Source: Carcharhinus amblyrhynchos
Lineage: Eukaryota
DNA length: 64,000 nt
Reading direction: 5' to 3'
Assembly: GCA_965287045.1 (NCBI GenBank)
Contig: OZ336897.1
Span: 10,726,001-10,790,000 of the forward strand
The translations under genes were made by a program, and so were the position numbers. Under the pieces are notes generated by a model. That model ran no database searches. It was not told the DNA's origin and worked only from the letters and a program-made list of their open reading frames with translations. Shown here piece after piece: positions 22,371-34,771 of this stretch (position 1 is its first letter; each line of letters starts with the position of its first letter).

Positions 22371-23134
22371 GGTCATGCCTGGTTTAGTTAGCACTATCAT
22401 ATAAATGTTGAGGAAATATGGATATTAGTTTGATGATGACACAACTAAAGCAGAAGTAGACAAATTACCCAGTTTTGCTCAATTTTTCAGAATCAAAATT
22501 CCTGAACACATTCAGTTCAAGTACCATACTTGTTCTCTAGAAAGTTGAGCCAGCTCATCATGAAAACAACAAAGTTCCTGATAATTAACTGGTACGCCAA
22601 GCTGTAACAAAGTTATGGAAGGTCATGAGGTAGTAAACAAAGACACAAATCTGAAAATGACCACACTGTTCAATCTGGATGAAAATCTCAGACCCCATTT
22701 CCTAAAAACCTTACTATTCCTGTAGAATTTCACCTTTCTTTCCCTCTCCATATTTAATTTCCCATTAGCATTATGAAGCAAAGCATTTGGACTATACAAC
22801 TACAAATGATTACCATGGTGGAGGAAATAGAATTGGGTGCTCATGAGGTCAGAGAGGATTGGAAATCTTGGCAGGTCATAGATCTAGAATGGTTGAGAGA
22901 TAGAAAGGGTGAAGACATGGAATGTCAAAGCCCAAATGGGTTTGAAAATAGAAACCCTACACTGGAGGCCATTCGGATGAAACATTTAGAATTGAGGTAC
23001 TACAGGGTAGTTGTGCTTAACACATTGTTCCCACTCTGCCGTCCAACCTCACCTTTTTTTTTTCAAATCTTGTATGTTGCATCAAATATAGAACTCCAAG
23101 TTGCACACCTGCATGCATTTGAAGTGGTTCTGAT

Positions 23135-23395
23135 GAGCGCCATTGTGGTTAGCACCGCTGCCTCACAGCATCAGGGACTCGGGTTCAATTCCCGGCTTGG
23201 GTCAATGTCTGTGCGGAGTTTGCACATTCTCCCCGTGTCTGTGTGGGTTTCCTCCCACAGTCCAAAAGATGTGATTAGGTGCACTGGCTATGCTAAATTC
23301 TCTGTCAGTGTACCAGAGTGTGGCAACTTGGGGATTTCCCAGTAACTTCACTGCATTGTTAATGTAAGCCTACTTGTGATAATAATAAATTTCAA
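23135..23395 (+). mobile_element. HE1-like V-SINE (alternative tail)
   Basis: gtggttagcaccgctgcctcacagc...gttaatgtaagcctacttgtgataataataaattt. Confidence 0.88.
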
Positions 23396-25563
23396 ACTGA
23401 TATCAAGGGATTAGCCACTTTGGCCAGCAATTGTAGAAAACTACTCTGACACTAATTTTACATATTCACTTCATTTTCCCAGTAATTAGAATATCTGAGA
23501 CATTCCAGGTTATTCAGGGTGGGTGGAGGGACATATAGAATAACAAGGTTATTACTAACTTCCAATTAACTCTTACTCTAATATTTTTCACTACTAATAT
23601 TTTTCAATACAATTAAATGAATCAACATGAAGGATTTAGGGGAAAATCATCATGTACATGCGAAAGTTCAGAGTATGTCTGATATTAAACAGATTATGTA
23701 GATGTCCATCTCAATTCTTGTAATCACTTGTCCTCAACAACAAAAATTCCCATACAAGTGGATAGTGAAAGCAGTATCTGCCCACTATTTCAGATAGGTT
23801 TAGTGCCTTTGATTTTATGAGATATGTACAAAGGTCACATTTCACAAATTATTGCACTCAGTGTAATCACAGCCATTTCTGCTTCTACTACAAACAGAAC
23901 ATCCCACGTTAGATCTCTGAACTCTTCTGTTCATTACTTTAGCTAACTCAGTAGATACCAACCTGCCTCTTTTGAGAGATCAGCAAAGAAGGAAGGTGAT
24001 CCAATGTCTGCCTGAAAGTGTACGTACCCAGATAATGGGACTCAGATAGGACCAAGCAAAGAATAACTTACGTTGTCTTAGCACATCAACATTCGTTTGT
24101 GACGCAACAGGGATGATATTTTGAAAGGGACGGGGAAAGATGAAAACGTTTGAAGACAAATATTGCAAGATAAATATACAAAAGAAACATCCCAAGGGCT
24201 GGAATTGTTGAGATCACATGGAATCCTCTCAGAATATTAACCAGAATGATTAAAAGGCAATACAACTTTCTATCAAAGAAAGGTGAAGACCATAGTAGGG
24301 CGCTATTTTTGTTTGAACCATCACCAGGACAGCATCTACAAAATGCTTAAAGGAAAAGAAAAATAGCACTATGTCTAACACCTGGAGCAACAGATCTTAG
24401 CTTTCTGCAATGGTTTCATTGATAAATACAGCATTTTCAACACAACAAAAACAGAAAATGCATTTTTAATCCTTCTATTCTGTGTTGCCTACTTTCAACA
24501 ATTCAACATTACAGTCTTCAGAAATGACCTCGGTAACATTGGATTATGTCCAGGCTAATCAGTTTGGTGTTCTAGTCCTATTCTTTGGCCTCTGTTGGTA
24601 TGGTACATAGATAGACATGGGTGATTGCAAGCACAGTGTAAGGCCCACCAACTCACCACTCCACACCTAAATAATATGCCAACATTTACTCTTCACAGTA
24701 ACATAAGATGATTGACCACTTGGTACTCATGCAAATGTAACCCAGCAACAATCTTCAGCAAAAGGAAACGAAATAATTAGCAAAAAATAAAGCAGATATT
24801 TTATTAGATTGAAAAGTCAGTAAAATGGTTTTTGTGCAGCTGCTCTAAAGTTAATTAGCATTTACCATCCCTTCCTACCACTGTTAGCTAGCATAGTATC
24901 AAGAAATTTAGAAAGAGCATTTATGTAGCAGGGAACTTTCCTATACAAAAATTACAGACAAACTTACTGGAAAAAATTAAGTATTTGCGTAACAAAGGCA
25001 ATATTATTTGTACAGAAGGCAAAGCTGCCTGATTGCACTATGAAAAATAAATTTGGAGAAAGCAAGTAAAATAGTTGAAGTGCAACAGGTGCATTTATAC
25101 CGCTCTTGTAAAGGCAATTCTTTTGCACATCTTTGTTATTTCAAAATAACCTATACGATATGCCCGCAAAGCTATGACATTCATAAAACAGAAAATAGCA
25201 TTACCCTTTGTAATGCTGTTCTTCATACATTTTACTCTCTTAATTAGGATGCAAAAGCCCCAAATCACTTCAAAGTAAGGTACGTTTTCTTGCTAAATTC
25301 ACAGAAGCCAGTTTCTTCCTAAGCAAGTTTCCAAATCAAATCAATACAATGCATATGGTAGCACATCTAAAAAGAATGAAGGACATCATCAGAAACAGTA
25401 CATCCAGTGCATATTTCCGGCCTAACCTCAGAGCTGCCCTGCCAGTCACGCACAGCAAAAAAAAGCTACAGTTCTGACTTTCAATTAGGAAACTCTGAGC
25501 ATGCCCAGGATTTACTTACAGCAATTAGACTTTGAGGCCTTCAGGGAACGCGGAATCACAGTA

Positions 25564-26180
25564 ATAAGAACGTAAGAACTAGGAGCAGGAGTAGGCCATT
25601 TGGCCCCTCGAGCCTGCTCAACCATTCAATAAGATCATGGCTGATCTTTTTGTGGACTCAACTCCACTTACCTGCCTGCTCACCATAACCCTTAATTCCT
25701 TTACTATTCAAAAATTTATCTATCCTTGCCTTAAAAACATTCAATGAGGTAGCTTCAACTGCTTCACTGGGCAGGGAATTCTACAGATTCACAATTGTGT
25801 GTGAAGAAGTTCCTCCTCAACTCAATCCTAAGTCTGCTTTCCCTTATTTTAAGGCTATGCCCCCTAGTTCTAGTTTCATCTGCCAGTGGAAACAACTTTC
25901 CTGCTTCTATCTTATCTAATCCCTTCATAATCTTGTGTGTTTCTATAAGATCGCCCCTCATTCTTCCGAATTCCAATGAGAATAGCCCCAGTCTACTCAG
26001 TCTCTCCTCATAAGCCAACCCTCTCAACTCTGGAATCAATCTAACGAATCTCCTCTGCATCCCCTCCAGTGCCAGTATATCCTTTCTCAAGAGGGGAGAC
26101 AAAAACTGTACACTCCAGGTGTAGCCTCACCAGCACCTTATTCAGCTGCAACATAATCTCGCTGTTTTTAAACTCCATTT
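25564..26180 (-). mobile_element. CR1 LINE 3' end, 5'-truncated
   Basis: ORF 25764-26102 (LRKDILALEGMQRRF...RTRGHSLKI) and antisense tail ataagaacgtaagaac. Confidence 0.92.
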
Positions 26181-26839
26181 CGCTACTCCATCTGTAGCAG
26201 CAGATTAATAAAATCTGTATTACAGAATAGTCCTTTAAAAATGCCATCAAACCTTCCATGCATGTTGCAGGAGATCTACCAATCTAAAATCCACAAGGCA
26301 GGAAATCGCACTGGACAAATGTACTTGCTTGAAACAAACTGGCCTATGACCATTTTATTTGCTAATAAAGTTAAATGGATATATAAACCAAGAAATTTTG
26401 AATATACTGAAAGCTAAAATGAGGAAATTTCAATCCTGAACACCTACATTAGGGTTAATTATGTCTAAAGGATGGCTGACAGGCCAGTTATACTGAGCCC
26501 CAAGGGTTGTAATCAGATTTCAACTGACAGAATTGCTGGGAGTAAATAAATAGATAGTAATGCAGAGTGTTTTCAGTGCTGTAGCTGTACACAGAACTAC
26601 TACAGTTTGTCTGTGTGGAAAATAAATATTGAGGCCAGAAAATGCAGGTTCAATAGATGGTCTGTATTGTGGATCGTGGTCTGGGGTGGCAGAGGAACCA
26701 GATGAGGCAAGCGCAATCAATGACTGCTGGTTGAAAGTGCAAGCTGTTGAATATTGAGAACTAAATTTGTCTTAGTTACCAGACTGTTGATTCATATCAA
26801 AGTTAACTGTCTCAGTTCACAAGTGAAGAATGCCTGCTT

Positions 26840-27100
26840 CATAGAAACCCTACAGTGCAGGAGGCAGCCATTTGGCTCATTGAGCTTGCATCAACAATAA
26901 TCTCACCCAGGCCCTATGTCTGTAACCTCGTGCATTTTTCCTGTTAATCCACCCGACGCTAAGGGGCAATTTATCATGGCCAATCCCCCTAACCCACACA
27001 TCTTTGGACTGTGGGAGGAAACTGGATACCCTGGAGGAAACCCACGCAGACATGGGGAAAATGTGCAAACTCCACAAACTCCACTGTGGAGACAGTGTGG
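26840..27100 (-). mobile_element. HE1-type V-SINE with CR1 tail, head missing
   Basis: Antisense tail catagaaaccctacagtgcaggaggc followed by the V-domain. Confidence 0.85.
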
Positions 27101-27599
27101 CTGTGGACACCTGTGGAACTTCATGATTTGCAGTTAATGTTCAGAAGAGGAGGTAAGAAAATCGGAGGAGAAAAGAACAAACAATTTGATGATTTAATCT
27201 GTAACTGCACACAAATAGCTAAAAAGAAAGATTAGAAGGAAATACATTCAAAAACTTGTGTTCGTTAATAGGCTCCATGATTGGGATAGCAGGCATATTT
27301 CTTAATGAGCAGAACTGTCATAATTCTGCCCGTCATAGCTACAAAATAGTTTCAAGCAGAGAAAGATTCAGGTGTGAACATACATATTCTCTCATACATT
27401 TACACGTTCTCTCACCCTCCTGCCATTTGATCAAGTTCAATTTTTATTAAAGGGAGACAAGATCAGCAAATATTCACCAACTTTAATTTTCTTCCTTCTC
27501 CTAACTCCAAAAGCATCAACAATAATGGCAACAAATTTGACAACAATATGTGCACCTCCCAGCAGGGGTCACTTTGCTTTGTTACAGCAACTTAAAATT

Positions 27600-27850
27600 T
27601 TTTAAAGTTTATTTATTAGTCACAAGGCTTACATTAGCACCGTAATGAAGTTACTGTGAATTTCCCCTAGTTTCCACAGCTCGGGTCAATGCACCTAACC
27701 AGCACATCTTTCAGAACATGGGAGGAAGCCTACGCAGACATGGGGAGAACGCACAAACTCCACACAGACAGTGACCCAAGTCAGGAATCAAATCTGGGTA
27801 TATGGCGCTGTGAAGCAACAGTGCTAACCACTGTGCTACCGTGCTGTCCC
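27600..27850 (-). mobile_element. HE1-like V-SINE (alternative tail)
   Basis: aaagtttatttattagtcacaaggcttacattagcac...gtgctaaccactgtgctaccgtgctgtccc. Confidence 0.88.
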
Positions 27851-28619
27851 AGTTTAAAAATGTTTTAAAGTACCCTTGAGCTCGTCAGTCATTTAAAAAA
27901 AATACAGCAAATCCCAAAAAGTATAATTAAACTAAATTCTGTTACAATCACAGTCAAACTTGGGCTCCAGCGAGAGAAGAAGGAGAAAATATATCACCAA
28001 CCACATGTTCACTGACATACTAGAAACAATATTCTTCAAGCAGCATTTACTCCAAGACTGGCTAATTTTTTTTTAAAGCCATACTTAAAACCTATTTAGT
28101 GTGGCTCACTTACATTGCAAGGATCTCCCATCAAAGTCCACTGACTTTGCGATTAAAAAAAGTCCTGGTCACCAACCAGGCTTCCTCAATGGGCATGGAC
28201 AACAGAGAAATGTTGAAACCTCACAAGCAGACCACCCAGATTCTAAAAGGATCAGTGCAAGGGCTAAAGGTAAAGGCAACAGAAAATGTCTTTCAGGCAG
28301 AAATGTGTACAAAAAATTCACCCCCTCTGTCACTATGCCTTCCAAGAATTCTTGGATAGGAAGCACATTCCTGACTGAGCCCTACTGCACTGTTCTGTTT
28401 TTCAAAAAAAAGGTCAGTACTGGACCCATGACATCATAAAGGCACATGAGCAGCACGGTAACTTCCTCACAATGTGGAATTGCTTGCATTTGGAACAGGT
28501 GGAAAACATGACCCTGAATAGCCAGTCATTTTCCATTTTAATTCTCCGATCCACAGAAGATCACGGAACAGCAACTTGCCTTTTGATTGGGTACTTGGCA
28601 GTCTTCTGGATTAAACAAT

Positions 28620-28890
28620 TTCAGTTCATAACCATTGCTCTATATTTTTGTTGTGTCGCTGTTTGCTAGACACATTTTTGTTCATTTGTCCATTACCATT
28701 CAGTTCTGCCTTACCCCATCATCCATTTTGTTTTTTAATCCCTCCGGCCTTCCCTTCATCTTTCCAATGCCTTCTTTGCACCTGCATTTAAAATCTAACA
28801 TTTTCCAGTATGGATCAAGGGTAACAAAATAGTCCTCACTCCACAGATGTTCCTGACTTGCTATGTATTTCCAGCATTTTCTGTTTATTA
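28620..28890. mobile_element. Degenerate older Penelope-like terminal fragment
   Basis: Pyrimidine-rich tract, then ctccacagatgttcctgacttgctatgtatttccagcattttctgttt, the reverse complement of the 3930-4030 family. Confidence 0.45.
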
Positions 28891-29409
28891 GTTATTAGTT
28901 AAGCAGGTGCTTGTTAAAGCATATTCTGGAACCTCAGGCCATATAACGTTAAACAATTACGAAATGCTCTTTCAGACACCTGCTTAGCAAGAGATGCCAC
29001 TTTCTGCCACTGCTACACCAGCTTATTAAATTTATAATAAATCCTGAGAAATGCCAGAGGAAATTAAATCAAAGCAGCTGCAATACATTTCCTAGGGTTA
29101 CAAAAAATACTGTAGAAACTGGATTACAAATCCAGTGCCACTTCCATATTTGATAAATAGCTTCATTTGTTAGGCAATCAGAAGCCATTAATTAATTCAC
29201 ACAATTACATCACACGCATGACAAGTAGTTTTTCCTCCTAATTTTACCTCCGAATCTGAAAATGATTCATAATGGGGTACAGTTCCTTCAGTCTTGCAGC
29301 TTTTCAAAATACTTTTCATGCACGAGGCTGTTTAACTGTCACGTTATCTGACCAGTGGTACCTTCATAGTTAAATACATGTTATCCTCGTCCATCATTCA
29401 CATATATCA

Positions 29410-29590
29410 CTTTGCAGGAGTGGGAATGTTCTCTGATTTCCCAGTGGTATAGAAGCTAATAGTAGCACTCCTATCGTCCTGATCGAGATCAGCCAACTTC
29501 GCAATGAAATGGAGATCGAATGTAGGACCTTTCCAATCTGTCGAGTGTATTGTCACAGAGAATTGCATTTAGCAGATGAGCTGTCAGCAC
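29410..29590 (-). mobile_element. Ancient tRNA-derived SINE remnant (unassigned; relative at ~61480-61695)
   Basis: gagatcagccaact...ggagatcgaatgtaggacctttcc...gcatttagcagatgagc is an antisense tRNA-like head. Confidence 0.4.
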
Positions 29591-31148
29591 AAGTTCAGGT
29601 GAGGTAAGGCGGGGGGGAAGAACAGGAATATTTTAAACAAATGGCCATTTTGATCAAGAGCTCAGAAACAAATGATTACTGTAATAAGCAATTCTGAAAA
29701 CCTTCAATCTGAACAGCATTTCCTTTGATCAGTGAAGGAAGATATACATAATTTACATTATCCCACTGAAGTCACGGTATTCTCAAGCATAATGAAGTTT
29801 TTGTATGAGTATATATGAAGTAAACTTTTGGTAGTAGGAAATAACCACCATCAGGTCTAGCTTTCACACTGTACCACTTTCTAGAAATTTAGTTAGATTA
29901 TCCATGATCTGACAAACATTCTGTAGTCTTCAGTCTTGTAAAGCCAGATATGGGAAATCTCTATTTTTCACAAGTGCAATTATTCCAACTTACATTTCAG
30001 AAAATCTCCTCACAAAGAAAGTTACATTGCATATTAACCACAAATTGAAGTCAAACACAAACATTTCAACTCCCCCAGTGCAAACATATGGAGAAGAAAG
30101 ATTCCTGACTAATAGACACCTGAAGAAATTGAACTAACTGGAAATGTGGGAATATCCCGCTCCCATCTGCACTTAACAGTACAATCACTCCAGGCACAGA
30201 TGACAAATGACATTGCTAAACCTCCTCAAAATGCAGATCCATGAATATACTGGATTAAAGGAGTGAAAGGCAGGTAACTGGTTCTGTCCAGTTCCACTAA
30301 TATCCAATGGGTCCCTTCATTCCAGTTCAGCCTAACACCTGACCTTAAAAGTAAAGAGGAAAATTGAAGTACAAATCATGGAGCAGGAGGAAAACAGGTG
30401 GATAATACAAAGCATTTGAACAGAGAGCCAGGGCATACTCATACTGCTCAAAAGGCTGCATTTAAATCAGCAGCTTAAATTGATCCCTTCATCATTATTT
30501 CACACTTCAAATTTCCTCTGGAAACAACTGGTGCTCGGAAGGATAAATTCCATAACTAGGTGTTTTTTCTATAGTACAAATACACCATATGAAAATTTCA
30601 AACAACAATGATATCAATTTCAGCTCACCAAAATACGCAACTATTTTCAAACTATACAAGGGACGTACAAGAGCCACTGATACCCGACACAAATCCCTCC
30701 TGCATTTCCTATTGGAGATATCTTGTTTCTGTATCACATTGTGCTTTATTCTTCTGCAAAACACGGCAACTCTTTAGTTTACAGCAACAGTGGCTTTAAA
30801 AGGTATAAAAGATTCAAGTTGAGAGTCTCCCCAGGATTGTGAGTTTGTCAATGTTAAGATAATCGTGCGTTTACAAGCAGCATACTAATTTAGATGAACC
30901 CAACGGTCATTTGAAACGCCAGACAGGCACTCTGAAAAATGTCCTGCCGTTTGGAGAATCTGATACAGCTTTTGAGGTAATAGTTCAGAAATAAATGGCT
31001 GGCTCTTAGCATTCAAGCTTTCAATCATGAGGGGAAAAATTGAGCTGAAATGGAAAAATGTGCATCTTTTTAAAATGTTCATTCCTTTTACTATCCCTTC
31101 AAACATTAAAGGTTCACGAGAACACTTCTGTTTCCAAGCAGAAAAAAA

Positions 31149-31205
31149 GTGTCAGCCAGGGCTCAGTGGGTAGCACTCTCGCCTTGGAGTCAGAAGGTCA
31201 CACCC
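31149..31205 (+). mobile_element. DeuSINE head fragment
   Basis: gtgtcagccagggctcagtgggtagcactctcgccttggagtcagaaggtc matches the head at 19909. Confidence 0.6.
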
Positions 31206-31929
31206 CTGTGGGAACAACATTGTACTACTGCTCTGCATGCTACTGAAAAGCTATTTGAAATCCACTCAGTGAAGGAGGGACTACAAAAATTGGAGTTTCC
31301 CATTGTCGAATCAAATAATTTTCCATAAATTAACATTGTAAAATTACTGAAAGTGGGGCAAATGCTACAATCTACACATTAGTTACAGCTAACAAGGAAG
31401 GCTCTCTAGAGAAGGCTGTCAGCGTCATTCAACACTGTAATAGGACATTTAAATTCAGAGAAGCTATTTTAATATAACCAATCCCATTTGAATGATGGGC
31501 AGCAAAATCCTCAGCTTATACAGAGGAACAGAACATATTTACCAATGGATGAAACTGTAATTTGTCTGTCAAAAGCATTATGGCAACATCCCTGTTGTGA
31601 CTGGATGTCAACTGAAATTCACTGCAAGAGGTAATTTCAGTCAGCCTGATTTCATTTTTACTGACTATTGCATTACAAGCAAACATTTGCTTTTAAACTA
31701 AACTTTCCAGAAAATTCACTCTTTTCACAATGCCGAATATTGCTTAAAACAGTAGGAGAATTGCGAGATTTCTTTTGGCAGATCTTGGATAGTTCTGGGT
31801 TACTATTTTTTTCAAACAATCATTATCAGAGTTAAATTAGTAACAAGTATATCTGGGAACTCAGGTGTACAGAAAATCTGGTTTTTCAACTTGACGAACG
31901 TGAATGCCCAACACAAACGACGTGTGTAT

Positions 31930-34385
31930 ATTTGATGAATCTCCCCTGTTACTTGTGGGATACCACAAGGATAAGCACTTGGGCCACAACTGTTCACAAA
32001 TTATATAAACAATTTAGATGCGGGGACTAAATGCAATATTTACAAATTTGCTAATAACAAAGCTAGATGGGGATGAGAGTTGTGAGGAGGATTCAAGGAG
32101 ATTTGGACAGACTAAATGAGCAAGGAAGAACATGACAGATGGAATACAAGTGTGAAGTTATCCATTTTGGTAGAAAAAACAGAAAGGCAGAGTATTTCCT
32201 AAGTGGTGAGAGTTTGGGAAGTGCTGATGTCCAAAGTGACTCGAACATCCTTGTTCATGAGTCACTAAAAGCTAGCACAGGTGCAGCAAGCAATTAGGAA
32301 GGCAAATACTGTGTTGGCCTTCATTGCAAGGAGATTTGAATACAGGAGTAAAAATATATTTCTGCAACTGTATAGAGCTTTTGTGAGACTGTATCTGGAA
32401 TATTGGGAACAATTTTGGTCTAAAGGATATTGTATTTGCCATAGAAGGAATACAACAGAGAATCACCAGGCTATCTCTGGGAGGCAATTGCAGAGCCTCT
32501 GGCTCTGATCTTCAGGTCGGCGTTGGTCACCGGTATAGTGCCAGAAGATTGGAGGTTAGCGAATGTTGTCCCATTGTTTAAGAAGGGGAACAGAGACTTC
32601 CCCGGGAATTATAGACCGGTGAGTCTTACTTCTGTTGTGGGCAAGGTTTTAGAAAAAATTATTAGGGATAGGATTTATGGTTATTTGGAGAGTAATGAAT
32701 TGATTAGAAATAGTCAGCATGGTTTTGTGAAGGGTAGGTCGTGCCTTACTAACCTTATTGAGTTTTTTGAGAAAGTGACCAAAGAGGTGGATGGGGGTAA
32801 GGCAGTTGACGTGGTGTATATGGACTTTAGTAAGGCGTTTGATAAGATTCACCATGGAAGGCTTCTGCAGAAATTGCAGATGTATGGGATTGAGGGTGAT
32901 CTAGGAAATTGGATTAGGAATTGGCTGGCGGATAGGAGGCAGAGGGTGGTGGTTGATGGTAAGTATTCGACATGGAGTTCAGTTACGAGTGCTGTGCCTC
33001 AGGGATCTGTTTTGGGGCCACTGCTGTTTGTAATTTTTATAAATGATCTGGATGAGGGTATAGTTGGGTGGATTAGTAAATTTGCTGATGACACCAAAGT
33101 CGGAGGTGTGGTAGATAGTGAGGAAGGGTGTCTTAGTCTACAGGGAGACTTGGATAAGTTGCAGAGCTGGGCCGAGAGGTGGAGGATGCAGTTTAATGCG
33201 GAAAAGTGTGAGGTAATTCACTTTGGTAGGAATAACGGATGTGTAGAGTATAGGGCTAACGGTAGGACTCTGAATAGTGTTGATGAACAGAGGGATCTAG
33301 GTGTATGTGTACATAGATCCCTGAAAGTTGGGAATCAAGTAGGTAGGGTTGTTAGGAAGGCATACGGTGTCTTGGCGTTTATTGGTAGGGGGATTGAATT
33401 TAGGAGCCGCAGCGTCATGTTGCTACTGTACAAAACTCTGGAGCGGCCGCACTTGGAGTATTGTGTGCAGTTCTGGTCCCCACATTATAGGAAGGATGTG
33501 GAGGCTTTGGAGAGGGTGCAGAGGAGGTTTACCAGGATGTTGCCTGGTATGGAGGGGAGGTCCTATGAGGAGAGACTGAGGGATTTGAGGTTGTTTTCGT
33601 TAGAAAGAAGGCGGCTAAGAGGGGACCTTATTGAAACATATAAGATGATTCAAGGTTTAGATAGGGTGGACAGTGATAGCCTTTTTCCTCGGATGGAGAA
33701 AGCTAGCACAAGGGGGCATAGCTTTAAATTAAGGGGTGGTAGTTATAGGACGGATGTCAGGGGTAGGTTCTTTACCCAGAGGGTGGTGAGGGATTGGAAT
33801 GCCCTGCCTGCTGCAGTTGTAAATGCGCCTAGTTTGGGGGCGTTTAAGAGATCCGTGGATAGGTTTATGGATGGTAAGGGTTTGGTTTAGGTTAGGGGGT
33901 CATTGTTTTTTAACTGGTCGGCGCAACATCGTGGGCCAAAGGGCTTGTTCTGCGCTGTAATGTTCTATCTTCTATACTCTGGATGGCAGAATTGTCTTAT
34001 GACAGATTCTGAGGGCCTCTATAGTTTCAAAGAACAACAGGGGATCTCATTGAATCTTGCAGAATCCTTATAATAGGACGTTTCCCCTGGCTGTTAAGTC
34101 TAGAACTAGGGGACACAAGTCTCAGAATAAACTGAGAAGAGCAGGAATTTCTTCAGAGCATGATGAACCTTTGGAATTCTCTACTCCAGAGGGCTTTTGA
34201 AGCTCAGTCCTTGAGCAGTCTCAAGATAGAAATCAATAAGATTTTGGGATAACAACAATATCAAGGAAAGGGGGACAGTGGGAAAATGATGCAAGAGGTC
34301 AACAATTGACCATGACCTGTTTGAATGATGGAGCAGGCTGGATAGACCAAATGGCCCACTCCTGTTCCTAATTCCTGTGCATGTC
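31930..34385 (+). mobile_element. Old CR1 LINE (31930-32480 and 33972-34385) hosting a younger CR1
   Basis: Degenerate RT (GIPQG..LGPQLFT; QQAIRKANTVLAFIARRFEYRSK). The sequence continues after the insert with ggatggcagaattgtcttatga and runs to the 3' UTR. Confidence 0.85.
32481..33971 (+). mobile_element. Young 5'-truncated CR1 LINE with uninterrupted RT ORF
   Basis: 455-aa ORF 32523-33890 with [30 protein letters not shown] and FADDTK through the natural stop. No endonuclease domain. Near-TSD ctatctctgg / ctatactctgg. Confidence 0.95.
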
Positions 34386-34579
34386 CAGTGGTTGAGGGTT
34401 GAGACCCAACAGATGACATGCAGCAAGAGACAAAACTACTTCACTGTATGACACAGATCACAATTTGTCGTCTTCTACTTATCCACAGTGTTCTGAATAA
34501 TAGACCTATGCCAGTACATTAAGCACTTAAAACTGCACATGATGGAAAAAGGTAATTTTTTTACCATGAGATCTGTGTC

Positions 34580-34730
34580 TACAGCTGAGAAGCTCTGGAA
34601 TCCCCTCCCCAAATCTTCCACTGATTCGTTGTCTCTCTTTGTGCCTTAAAAGCTACTTCTGTCTATCTGGAGTAGTATTGCTATGTGGCTGGGTGTAAGA
34701 TTTTGCTTTACCACTCTGTTAAAGACACTA
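34580..34730 (+). mobile_element. Degenerate L2-like 3' fragment
   Basis: aagctctggaatcccctccccaaatcttcc...ccttaaaagctacttct...atgtggctgggtgtaagatttt. Confidence 0.45.
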
Positions 34731-34771
34731 CTGATACTGGAGCATAGGAAGAGATAAATGCAACAACCCTC

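Noticed and set aside
22773-23345. 190-aa ORF
   Set aside because: No recognisable domain, and the last third is translated SINE sequence.
28099-28439. Overlapping 86-aa and 112-aa ORFs (likewise 5384-5776 and 21754-22347)
   Set aside because: No recognisable homology or splice context. Their lengths are compatible with chance or decayed repeats.
32523-33890. Domesticated RT gene or autonomous LINE
   Set aside because: It is 5'-truncated with no endonuclease, ORF1 or true ATG, and has an ordinary CR1 tail and TSD. Youth explains the open frame.
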